The notes under the pieces are model-generated. The model was not told the DNA's origin, searched no databases, and saw only the letters and a program-made list of their open reading frames with translations. DNA of 64,000 nucleotides from Octopus bimaculoides. Lineage: Eukaryota. Of the stretch, positions 26,680 through 37,799 are shown in pieces. The translations under genes were made by a program, and so were the position numbers. The first letter of the stretch is position 1. Every line of letters starts with the position of its first letter. The DNA is taken from NCBI RefSeq assembly GCF_001194135.2, contig NC_068985.1, forward strand, positions 62,624,538 through 62,688,537, given 5' to 3'.

Positions 26680-27870
26680 GTTCGCCTTCCTACTTACTAG
26701 AACTTTGGTCTTTGCTACATTGACTCTAAGGTCTTTCGATTCTACTAGTTCTGGTAGTGATTCTGCTATGAGGGCCAGGTCATCAGCCTACAGGAGCTCC
26801 CAGGGGCAACCTGTCTTGAATTCCTCTGTTATTGCTTGGAGGACTATGATGAATAAAAGGGGACTGAGAGCTGAACCTTGGTGAATCCCTACTTCTACCC
26901 GGAATTCTTCACTATACTCATTGCCAATCCTAACCTTATTAATAGCCTCTCTATATAGGGCCTCTACAGCCCTTATTAACCATTCATCAATCCCAAGTTT
27001 CCACATTGCCCACCAGATAAAGGATCGGGGGACCCTGTCAAAGGCTTTCTCCAAGTCCACAAAAGCTAAGTATAGGGGTTTATCTTTAGCTAGGTATTTC
27101 TCCTGCAGTTGTCGAACCAGGAATAAAGAATCATATGCTTCTACTTGGCACAAAACTGAACTGCAGATTCTCTCCCTAATGAGATGGGCTATGACCCTCT
27201 CCATGACCATCACTTGATCCAGTAGTTTGATACCCCTGTAGTTATTTCTATCTAGAGCATCACCTTTACCCTTGTAGCAGTTGACTATGGTGCTGCTATG
27301 CCAGTCATTGGGTATGACTCCATCATGAACTACCTGGTTTACAATGCAGGTGACTAGGCCATAGCCCACACCACCAGATATTTTAAGCATCTCAGCAGTG
27401 ATTCCTGATGGGCCAGGGACCTTTCCTGGCTTCATACACTTAATTGCTTTATCTATCAAGCAGCTGTCTATTTGGATAGCTGGTCCCTCAACTGGGTCAA
27501 CATTTGGCAGGCTCTCCTCCTCCCATTCATTCTCCACATTCAGCAGTCTTTCATAATGGCTACTCCAAGCCTCTTTCTTTTCAGAATCATTAAAAGCAAG
27601 TGCACCATCATCCATGCAGACACATTTCTCTCCTGTGACATTATTACAATTTTCTCTCACACTGTCTTGCAATCCCAAAAACTTCAGTTCTTTGGTCCTC
27701 ACGTCGCTGGACATTGGCAAACTTCTTCTTTTCTGCTTCGCCTTTGGCTATGTATACCTGCCTCCCTTTTGGCTACCTGGTACAGTTCTCTGCTACCCCC
27801 ACCAATGTTATTAGAAATGCTATCTTAGGCATTAAAAGTATTTCCCAAATGAAACTTAGTTTTTTTCTGG
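26680..27870 (-). mobile_element. RTE LINE RT fragment
   Basis: ORF 26788-27720 (310 aa): NNYRGIKLLD, FVDLEKAFDRVPR, VGIHQGSALSPLLF, followed by ADDL. Same family as 4745-6780 and 34430-39230. Confidence 0.9.
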
Positions 27871-28149
27871 TCATCTGCCAAGTATTTAGGAACATGAACT
27901 GGCAGAAGACCCAATAACTTTACTCAGTTTTAAAATCTTCTTGAAAATATTTTACAACATTTGTGATACAGCTGTCTCATTTTAACTCATTTGACACTTG
28001 TACCAGTAGTTAGAAACAGTTCTTTCATGTATTTTTTAATACTAGTATAAATCCATCACTATACAACTGTATAAAAATATTTCTAAATCATGCCTGTAAG
28101 TCATAAATTGTATAAATAATGTTTAGATTAATTTTGTTAGTGAACATTT

Positions 28150-30597
28150 GGAAATATGCTGTGTGTGAGAAGACCCGGCAAGCCAAGTGAGACCTAATCT
28201 AAGGCCTCTGACAGTCCACTTATGTGTACCTTCCTTCATTGGACACTAAACTCCACTTGCAAAGACCTGTTGATGCAAGTGAAATCAAAATCGAGTTAAG
28301 TTGGACACTAAACTCCACTTGCGAAGACCTGTTGCGGCAAGTGAAATCGAAATCGAGTTAAATTCGACGACTGGCACCCATACCAACACCGTCTCCTTCA
28401 CTGGACACGAAACTCAGCTTGCGAAGACTTATTGGGGCAATCGAAATCGTGAAGGCACCTGTGCCTAGCGTCACCTTTCTGACACTTGTGCCCATGGCAT
28501 GTGTAAGGACTTTCGAGCGAGATCATTGCCAGTGCCCCTGGACTGGCTCTTGTGCGGGTAGCACATGAAATACACCATTTTGAGCATAGCCGTTGCCAGT
28601 ACCACTTGACTGGCCTTCGTGCTGATGGCACATAAAAGCACCCNNNNNNNNNNNNNNNNNNNNNNNNNNNNNNNNNNNNNNNNNNNNNNNNNNNNNNNNN
28701 NNNNNNNNNNNNNNNNNNNNNNNNNNNNNNNNNNNNNNNNNNNNNNNNNNNNNNNNNNNNNNNNNNNNNNNNNNNNNNNNNNNNNNNNNNNNNNNNNNNN
28801 NNNNNNNNNNNNNNNNNNNNNNNNNNNNNNNNNNNNNNNNNNNNNNNNNNNNNNNNNNNNNNNNNNNNNNNNNNNNNNNNNNNNNNNNNNNNNNNNNNNN
28901 NNNNNNNNNNNNNNNNNNNNNNNNNNNNNNNNNNNNNNNNNNNNNNNNNNNNNNNNNNNNNNNNNNNNNNNNNNNNNNNNNNNNNNNNNNNNNNNNNNNN
29001 NNNNNNNNNNNNNNNNNNNNNNNNNNNNNNNNNNNNNNNNNNNNNNNNNNNNNNNNNNNNNNNNNNNNNNNNNNNNNNNNNNNNNNNNNNNNNNNNNNNN
29101 NNNNNNNNNNNNNNNNNNNNNNNNNNNNNNNNNNNNNNNNNNNNNNNNNNNNNNNNNNNNNNNNNNNNNNNNNNNNNNNNNNNNNNNNNNNNNNNNNNNN
29201 NNNNNNNNNNNNNNNNNNNNNNNNNNNNNNNNNNNNNNNNNNNNNNNNNNNNNNNNNNNNNNNNNNNNNNNNNNNNNNNNNNNNGTGCTGATGGCACATA
29301 AAAGCACCCACTACACTCTCTGGGTGGTTGGCGTTAGGAAGGGCATCCAGCTGTAGAAACTCTGCCAATTGGAAATATGCTGTGCGTGAGAAGACCCGGC
29401 AAGCCAAGTGAGACCTAAATCTAAGGCCTCAACCAGTCCACTTATGCGTACCTTCCTTCCTTCATTGGACACTAAACTCCACTTGCGAAGACCTGTTGAG
29501 GCAAGTGAAATCAAAATAGAGTTAAATTGGACACTAAACTTCCACTTGTGAAGACCTGTTGAGGCAAGTGAAATCGAAATCGAGTTAAATTGGACACTAA
29601 ACTTCCACTTGCGAAGACCTGTTGAAGCAAGTGAAATCGAAGTTAAGTAAAATTTGACGACTGGCACCCATGCCAACGCCGTCTCCTTCACTGGACATGA
29701 AACTCAGCTTGCTTATTGAGACTTATAGGAAAGACTTATTGGGGCAATCGAAATCGTGATGGCACCTGTGCCCAGCATCGCCTTTCTGACACTTGTGCCC
29801 GCGGCATGTATAAGGACTTTCGAGCAAGATCGTTGCCAGTGCCCCTGGACTGACTCTTGTGCGGGTGGCACATAAAATACACCATTTTGAGCGTGGCCAT
29901 TGCCAGTACTGCCTGACTGGTCTTCGTGTTGATGGTACGTAAAAGCACCCACTACATTCTCTGGTTGGTTGGCGTTAGGAAGGGCATCCAGCTGTAGAAA
30001 CTCTGCCAATTGGAAATATGTTGTGCGTGAGAAGACCCGGCAAGCCAAGTGAGACCTAAATCTAAGGCCTCAGCCAGTCCACTTATGCGTACCTTCCTTC
30101 ATTGGACACTAAACTCCACTTGCGAAGACCTGTTGAGGCAAGTGAAACCGAAATCGAGTTAAATTGGACACTAAACTCCACTTGTGAAGACCTGTTGAGG
30201 CAAATGAAATCGAAGTCGAGTTAAATTTGATGNNNNNNNNNNNNNNNNNNNNNNNNNNNNNTTTCTGGCACTTGTGCCCGCGCCATGTGTAAGGACTTTC
30301 GAGCGAGATCGTTGCCAGTGCCCCTGGACTGGCTCTTGTGTGGGTGGCACATAAAATACACCATTTTGAGCGTGGCCGTTGCCAGTACCGCCTGACTGGC
30401 CTTCGTGCGGGTGACACTTAAAAGCACCCACTACACTCTCTGAGTGGTTGGCGTTAGGAAGGGCATCCAGCTGTAGAAACTCTGCGAAATCAGATTGGAG
30501 CCTGGTGTAGCCATTTGGTTCGCCAGTCCTCAGTCAAATCGTCCAACCCATGCTAGCATGGAAAGCGAATGTTAAACGACGACGACGAGGACGACGA
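28150..30597 (+). repeat. Head-to-tail multimer of an RTE 3' end (about 640-bp unit) with an internal 60-61-bp VNTR
   Basis: Units start at about 28151, 29371 and 30011 with WKYAV.EKTRQAK*. The subrepeat GGACACTAAACT(T)CCACTTG.GAAGACC occurs 2, 3 and 2 times. Only the last unit has the (GAC)n tail. Confidence 0.8.
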
Positions 30598-30687
30598 ACA
30601 TTAGTAACAGTTTGAATATTGTTGAACATTTATTTAGAATACTTTTCTTCATATTCTACAGAATAAATATATTCATTGAAGAATATC

Positions 30688-30736
30688 TCATACTATAACT
30701 TCAAGATAAACAACATTCCTTGTCAAAGTTCTTTTT
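30688..30736 (-). CDS. Host gene, putative terminal coding exon (R)KRTLTRNVVYLEVIV*
   Basis: Acceptor T-tract-CTAG; phase 2 entry matches the AG left by the 32506 exon; TGA at 30688-30690; AATAAA at 30629-30634 (minus strand). Confidence 0.55.
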
Positions 30737-30999
30737 CTAGAAAAAAAAAAAAGCAAAATTATATGGTGACCTCTCACCTTATATACTTTGGCTGGCCAAT
30801 AATACAGTCATTATTACTGGAACTATGTATAATTTGCCTCGTACGGCATGGCCAATATGAGTTACAGCCCCATTTTCCCTCCCCTTGTCCCTCCCTCTAC
30901 CTCTAAATGTTTCTCCTGAAATAAGATATTATGGACAGCCAGACGGAGTTCAGTGTTCCTTTTATAATGTAAGACATAAGCTGATATAAGATAAGAAAA

Positions 31000-31210
31000 T
31001 AAGATTATATATATTATGCATGTCATGGCACTCCATCGGTTATGACAATGAGGATTCCATTTGATCCGATCAACGGAACAGCCTGCTAGTGAAATTAACA
31101 TGTAAGTGGCTGAGCACTCTGCAGACACATGTACCCTTAATGTAGTTCTCTTTGGAATACAGGTGCAACAGAAACAGGAAGAAAAGGTGAGAGAAAGTTG
31201 TGGTGAAAGA
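31000..31210. repeat. SINE-like interspersed repeat (family not assigned)
   Basis: GC-richer non-coding block in AT-rich intron; resembles octopus SINEs from memory only. Confidence 0.3.
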
Positions 31211-32011
31211 GTACAGCAGGGTTCACACCCAAATATTTTGAAAAATGAACCTGAAGATGTGTTGGTAGAATTATAAATCTGATGATTACATATATTCTGA
31301 TCTCCCAATACAGAAACGCGTGTAGTTCCTTTCTAATTATAATTTTAACTCAAGTAAGGGCTAATTAAGGTAGTATATTTTATACCCTGCTGTTGTACTG
31401 GTTTTATCCTCAAGTATTATTTCTTGATGTGCATATAAATACCATGAGTTTTCCATCAAAAATACTCATTATGTTCTTTTTGCATTATCTGAAATGGAAT
31501 ACCCAGAAATCTATTGATTGAAATCCCAATAATTGAACTATATATATATATATATATCCAAATTGAGGGAATGGAGCAGGTAAAATCCAAGCTACATATG
31601 TTTCCTAGCTAGCAGAACCTTGCAGTATAAGGTAATGTCTTTTTTTGTAATTATCATTTATACTTTGGCTAAGTAATAAAAAAATTTTAATGAATTAATT
31701 ACTTTTGGGGGAAATTAGATTTAAATCACATATATTATGAAGATAAAAAATTATGGTAATCTAAATTTTATTATGATAATAAATATATGATGAATAATCA
31801 ACAGCAGATAAAACAGTGAGAATCAATACAATGGCATACATATTCATTCTTAGCACATTCTGGCAAATTTGAATATGAATATGTTAGTTGTTATTGTATT
31901 TCGTCTCTTTAGAGATCACCTTTCAAACAATGTGTGTTGACAACACACTCAATACATCTCCATAGAAGGACTTTGAGGCACCAGTGGTTTGACCTGGTTG
32001 TGCCTCTTTGA

Positions 32012-32157
32012 GTTCAACTGGTACTTATTTTATTGACCCTGAAAGGAGGAAAGACAAAGTTGATCCCAGCAGTATTTGAACTCAGAACATAAGGATGGAG
32101 AAAATGCTGCTAAGAATTTTGCCCAGCATGCTAACAATTCTGCCAGTTTTCCACCTT
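32012..32157 (-). mobile_element. Nin-domain-like SINE
   Basis: Reverse complement of the TTTGCCTTTC..GGGGTC.ATAAAATAAGTACC domain also found at 32240, 33288 and 33675. Confidence 0.6.
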
Positions 32158-32239
32158 ATTGATCATTAATATTGACAGATAATCTATATTAATTGGTAAT
32201 TTAATATCTAGAAGAACTGATAATATGGACCTCTATCTA

Positions 32240-32432
32240 AGGTGGTGATCAGGCAAAATCATTAGCACACCAAGCAAAATGCTTAATGGCATTTTATCCA
32301 TCTTTACACTCTGGGTTCAAATCTGCTGAGGCTAACTTTGCCTTTCGGGGTCAAAAAAATAAGCACCAATTGAGTACTGAGGTCAATGCAATAGACTTCC
32401 CCCTCTCCAACATTGCTGGTCTCGTGCCATAA
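32240..32432 (+). mobile_element. Nin-domain-like SINE
   Basis: tRNA-like head (GGTTCAAATC B-box-like) followed by AACTTTGCCTTTCGGGGTC...ATAAGCACC. Confidence 0.6.
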
Positions 32433-32505
32433 TTTGAAATTAATATTGATCTCCATCTATATGAATTGATATTGTAGAAATGTCAAAGTTGAAAGTAATA
32501 TTTAC

Positions 32506-32623
32506 CTTTGTTTAGACACTTTTCTTTTATTTTTCCTAGTGTAATTGCTTCTGTTACATTCTGCACAGCCAATCTCTTCACACTCAGCATTCAGGTTAAT
32601 ATATAATTCATTTGGAGATAAAT
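32506..32623 (-). CDS. Host gene internal exon, 118 nt: (D)LSPNELYINLNAECEEIGCAECNRSNYTRKNKRKVSKQ(R)
   Basis: Acceptor TTTCATTTTCAG, donor AAG|GTAAAT; only the phase 1 frame is open, matching the upstream exon's phase 1 end. Confidence 0.75.
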
Positions 32624-33287
32624 CTGAAAATGAAACATAGAAAGTTAATTCATTTTATAGAATATCTCATATAAAAAGAGATTGTTTAAGGTTCACTTCT
32701 AAATAAAACACATTTCTTCTAATTCATAGTTAAAGTTTGAGAATCTTTGTCAAAACTCTCCATATTGGAAGTTACTAAGTACCATGCTTCTTCAGAAAAT
32801 AACCATTCCACTGCTACCATCTGCCAACTGTTGCTAGATTTAATTCAGGATAAGAAAGAATCCCAAAGATTTCTCTAATTACATAAATACAATTTTAAAT
32901 ATTTATGTGAAATAGATATAGCCAAGGTTTAAAGTCCTATCTTTAAAGATAGAACACTTAACTCTTGAGTATCCCATTTTCTACAACCAGCTTCAACAAG
33001 CACATCTACCTTTTTTATTTTCAGTTATACATTTTAAAACATGCACCCATACAATTTATGAGATAGCAGTCATGGCTAACAAACATCTGTCACAATCAAG
33101 AGAAAACAGACAATAGAAGACATAAAATAATTGAATATTACTGGATAATATTAATATTTTATGTAACAATGTGTATAGCATACAAACATAGAATGGTGCT
33201 AGTTGTAATATTTTATTACAAAGTTTCTCATGAGACATTGTGAGCTAAAAACACACAGCTCACTCATCTTAACTATATTGTAATATT

Positions 33288-33496
33288 CAAATTTTGGCAC
33301 AAGGTCAATAATTTTGGGGGAGGGTTAAGTCAATTACATTGACCCCAGTGCTCAACAGGTACTTATTCTTTCGACCCTGAATGGATGAAATACAAAGTTG
33401 ACCTCGGCAGAATTTGAACACAGAATGCAATGATATACAAAATACCACAAAGCATTTTGCTCTGTGTACAAACAATTCTGCCAGCTCACCACCTTT
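33288..33496 (-). mobile_element. Nin-domain-like SINE
   Basis: Inverted homolog of 32240-32432. Confidence 0.6.
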
Positions 33497-33674
33497 TAAC
33501 TATATTATGATATTGGATATCATAAACAATATCAATGATATTACAACACAAGAATGATAAAATAGCTAATCATAAAATATTTTAGATAAATCATTATGAT
33601 CAGATCATTAAAAATTATAATTTACTGGACTTTTATCCTCATCTTTAATGTTTTCAATATCATATCCACACAAA

Positions 33675-33838
33675 GATGTTTCATCAGTCTTCATATTCTA
33701 AGTTCAAATTCCACCAAGATCAACTTTGCCTTTCAGACTTTTGGGGTCGGTTAAATAAGTATCGGTTGAACACTCAGGTCGATATAATTGACTTCACCAT
33801 TCCCTCAAACTTGTGACCTTGTACCAAGATTTGAAACC
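33675..33838 (+). mobile_element. Nin-domain-like SINE
   Basis: AACTTTGCCTTTCAGACTTTTGGGGTCGGTTAAATAAGTATC domain. Confidence 0.6.
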
Positions 33839-34141
33839 AAAATTATATCTACACTAAGTTTAAATTGGTTTATCTCTGATCATAATCAAATGTTTTATTT
33901 TTGGAGACCTAACTAAATCGTGTAGATGTAAATATTGAAAATATTTCTAAAGATGAAGTTAATAGTCTTGAATATCAATAAATAAAATCAAATATTAATA
34001 ATAATATTTAACATACTGACATCCATCACTTCCAATAAAAGTTAGTATATTTTATGATGTAAGAATGATGTGAAAGCACTCTAGTTATAGAAGTGAAGAG
34101 AACAATGATGTTTCATATAGGGAAATAATGTTGTTTGGTAC

Positions 34142-34205
34142 CTTGTTGCATCTGCAGTTCTTGTTGTTGCAGATTTTGTCTTCTTTCACAACAAGCCTTG
34201 TCAAA
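34142..34205 (-). CDS. Host gene internal exon, 64 nt: FDKACCERRQNLQQQELQMQQ(D)
   Basis: Acceptor TTTCTGTTTGTTGTAG, donor AAG|GTACCA; phase 0 to 1 links the 41424 and 32623 exons in one open frame. Confidence 0.7.
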
Positions 34206-35441
34206 CTACAACAAACAGAAATTGTCAATTAGACACATTAGATACTAAAACTTGTAGAAAATGGCTATGGAGGTGAATAGAAGAGAGAGTAATGATAGAT
34301 GAGGAACCAGAATGGGTAGGTGGAGGGAGTATCAGTGTGATTAGAGTGGGTAAGAGTGTGGGATAGTGATATAGAGGTGAGAGGGTGGTGAACAGTAACT
34401 GAGATGAGTAATGCTAAAAGTGAATGATGGATGTCAATAACAAAAGGCCTGGAGGATGACACTTGCCCAAAGTACTGCACAGTATGTGTACCTGGGGGCT
34501 ATGACTTCAATCCTAGAAATGAAGAGGAAACAAGGCTCTTAGAGTTCTCTGATGCAAATGTTCTGATGACCTGCGACATGAACTTCAAGAAACCAGCCAA
34601 TCATCAGATCACCTACCAATCATGTGAGCACACAAGGCATTACAGAAAGTCGCTTGCTTCTCGGATGAGCAATGTATAACCTAACTTAGGTTAATAGCTA
34701 GTGACTTCAGATTAAGAGCTAAAAGGACTCAGAGACACAAACTACTTTGGAAAAGGAAGTTCTGGAAATTTAAAGATCCAGTGAACAGTCAGAAATTTAG
34801 GGATGTAAAAATTGAAGCATTTAACTCATAATTTCATCAGGACAACCTATAGAGGGCAACAGACCAAATCTGTGGCTAATACAATGTTCCAGTCAGACCA
34901 AGGGTGACATGAATATGGAACAGGGAAGCTGACAAAGCCATAAATGTAAAGAGACAGGCCTGGACAGACTGGAACAATGGAGTAGCAGAGAAATCAGAAG
35001 AGAAGCTAGCTGACAGGTCAATCTAGTAATGAAAGAAGTAGAAAGGAAGAAGTTTGCCAATGTTCTGACATAAGGATCAGAGGTAGGCATGAGGTTTTCT
35101 GGATTGCAAGACAGTGCTTGAGAAAATCATGAAGTTGTGGGAGAGAAGTGCATACAGTTGGATAATGATACACTTGCACTTAACAATTTTGAAAAGAAAG
35201 AGGCTACAATGGAAAACTACTAAATGTGGATAGTGCATCGGAGAAAGATAAATTTCCTACTGGACCAAACAGAGAAACCAGCTGAATTGACAACAGTATG
35301 ATAGACAAAGCAGTGAAGGATATGAAGGCAGGAAAAGCGTCTGGTCCATCAGGAATTATTGCCAAGATGATGTCACCTGTATAACTAATTAGGTTGTACA
35401 GGAAGGTATCATACCCAATAACTGATGTAGCAGAATTATAA

Positions 35442-37799
35442 CACTAGGTAACAAATTTCAATTTTTTTTTGTTACAGACATATAAACTACTGATTCCTAC
35501 TAAATTTCTGATGCTAATTTCAGATCTGATATCTAAATTTCTTTATCATGTGCAGATTTTGTATAACCAAAACCCCCTATTTTAAATTTTTTCTCACTCA
35601 CTCCTATTATGAAAGCCATCTAAGCAACTTTTCCATGCCACATTTTATGTTAAGCAATCAAACTTAAATAATTAGTGAATAGAGATGTCTTTCCTGCTTT
35701 TTCCAGCTTAGAACAGACAATGGAATTCTGCTGGCAGAGTTACCACCCCAGTGTCCAACCAGCCACCCAAAGTACATTAGTATTTTGTTGTTACTATCAA
35801 AAGGCAACTTCCTGTTCTTAAGTGAAACTTTGATATTTCCTCTTCTTTTGCCATGTGTAGGATGACAAACTCTCCTTTTACTGGAACCAACAATAATCTC
35901 CCATCATATTTAAGTTGAAATTACCTTGGTATTTGTTTTCCATAATTGAGATCTGTTAGTGGAAGCATTCACCATGCTCGTCACTCACAGCCCCAAGGTT
36001 GGCTGGGAAGAAGTCAAGATGAGAATCTAAAAAATCCATTTTCAAAGAAAACTCTGCATCCCATTTTTTCATAAGATTTAAGCATGTTTTCTATGAGTTC
36101 ATGGTGGTTTTCAGCTTCATGGTTTCCAAGAAAATTTTTGACAATTTCAACAAAATATGTCCATGCTCCTAGTTCATTCTCATTTAGATTAGATGGAAAC
36201 AATGAGTTGTGGAGAACGCTGTGCATTTGTAGTCCAGTGAAAACTCCAGCTTAGCATCTGTCAATATCCCTTTAAATATTGGAAACCACTACCTTAATGA
36301 TCCACACCCTACACAAATTTTTTTATAAAGCCAGTTATATGTGAAGTAGTGGAAGATGTACTTTCTGAGGGTCAATAAGTGCTGGGTGTTTCACATTTTC
36401 TTTACCAACAACATATTCTAGATGGCTGATCATATTTTTTGTTCTGGTCATCTCCGTTATTCTATAGACATGGCACAAAACTGTTATGATATTTTGCATC
36501 ATTGACTGAAGAGAAAAACTCAGTTGCAAATATTCCATGTATCATGTCTTTGTCTAATTTCTCGTCCATTTAGTTTTCGTTTAGTTTCCCATTTGCTCTG
36601 CTTTCATTTAACTTTTCTCCTTGTTGTATTCTTTCTGTTCAATCCTTGATACATACATGTTTTGTGTAGCCCAACAGTAACCCAAAAAGTAATGATACAA
36701 CTTTAGAGTCACCACAAATATGTGGTCCTTATATTTGATGAGTCTTAGCAGCAGTTCCATTGGTTCATAAGTCTCATTAAGGCCAGTGGCATATGCTACA
36801 GTAATACAGCTTTAAGGTCAGTTTTACTAGAGTCAATGAACGGTCTCCATTCTTTTGGATCATAGTGAAAGTCAATCCTTTCCATCAGACCACTGATGTG
36901 GCAGAAACAAAGGTTTACCTTTTGTAAGTAAAATGATGAAAACTGCAGATGGTGTTGGTAGAAATGGGAAACTTTGGTATTTGGCTGGAGAAAATTCCAT
37001 TCTTGAATCTGGGAACCAAGCAACTCTGCCTTTTCTTTTGGTAATTCCAAATTGTGCAGCACTAAGTCATTTAACATCCACTTGACTTAACAAATGTGAG
37101 GAACTAGTTGCATCTGGAACATATACACTATATTTCCCTATTTCTATATCACTAGCAGAATCTCCAGTTGAACTGCTGTCTTCAAAAACCACTCTACTTG
37201 ACTTTCACGTAGCAACTGACTGTTGAGCTGTTACTATGCTCTTGACTCAGTGTTTCCAGTTTGGGATAAATTTAATTGATCAAAATTGTTAGAATTTGTA
37301 TATAGTTGGCGAATAAAAATTGCTTTAACCTTAAAGGGCAAGTTTCATATCAAAACCAGCACCATCCAAACGTGGTCGATGCCAGGTCCACCTGACTGGC
37401 TCCTGTGCCGGTGGCACATAAAAAGCACCAATGAATCATGCCCAATGCGAATATTGCCTGACTGGCTCCTGTGCTGGTGGCATGTAAAAAGCACCCACTA
37501 CACTCTCAGTGGTTAGCGTTAGGAAGGGCATCCAGCTGTAGAAACATTGCCAAATCAGATTGGTGCAGCCACTGGCTCTCCAGACCTCAGTCAAACTGTC
37601 TAACCCATGCCAGCATGGAAAATGAACATTAAACAATGATGATGATGATGATGATTTAGATGCAGTAGGAAAGTTTACTAAGTGATTTGCATTTTAAACA
37701 AAATTTAGACATGATAGAAAAATCTAATTATAGAGTTGAAATCAGCATACCAAAATTAGCTAGGAACACCTACTGTAACAAAACCTTTGTTGCCTAGTG
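35442..37799 (-). mobile_element. CMC-superfamily DNA transposon, probably Chapaev-like, decayed
   Basis: TIRs CACTAGG(T/C)AACAAA at both ends; apparent AA duplication at 35440-35441 and 37800-37801; transposase remnants LNDLV..LELPKEKAELLGS, EWRPFIDSSK..LKAVLL, HLPLLHI, RYQG...MMGDYCW. Family name is from recall, not a search. Confidence 0.75.
37340..37657 (+). mobile_element. (GAT)n-tailed retroposon inserted in the DNA transposon
   Basis: GGTTAGCGTTAGGAAGGGCATCCAGCTGTAGAAAC core and a (GAT)n tail. Confidence 0.75.

Noticed and set aside
28240-30230. 60-61-bp repeats that look superficially like a CRISPR array
   Set aside because: The repeats are contiguous with no unique spacers, there are no cas genes, and the context is a eukaryotic retroposon 3'UTR.
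31385-31488. Alternative exon after 32506 (acceptor TTCCATTTCAG)
   Set aside because: Phase 2 entry gives AG|A TAA, an immediate stop, and the other frames also close. The 30736 acceptor is stronger and yields a meaningful motif. It cannot be excluded as a minor terminal exon.
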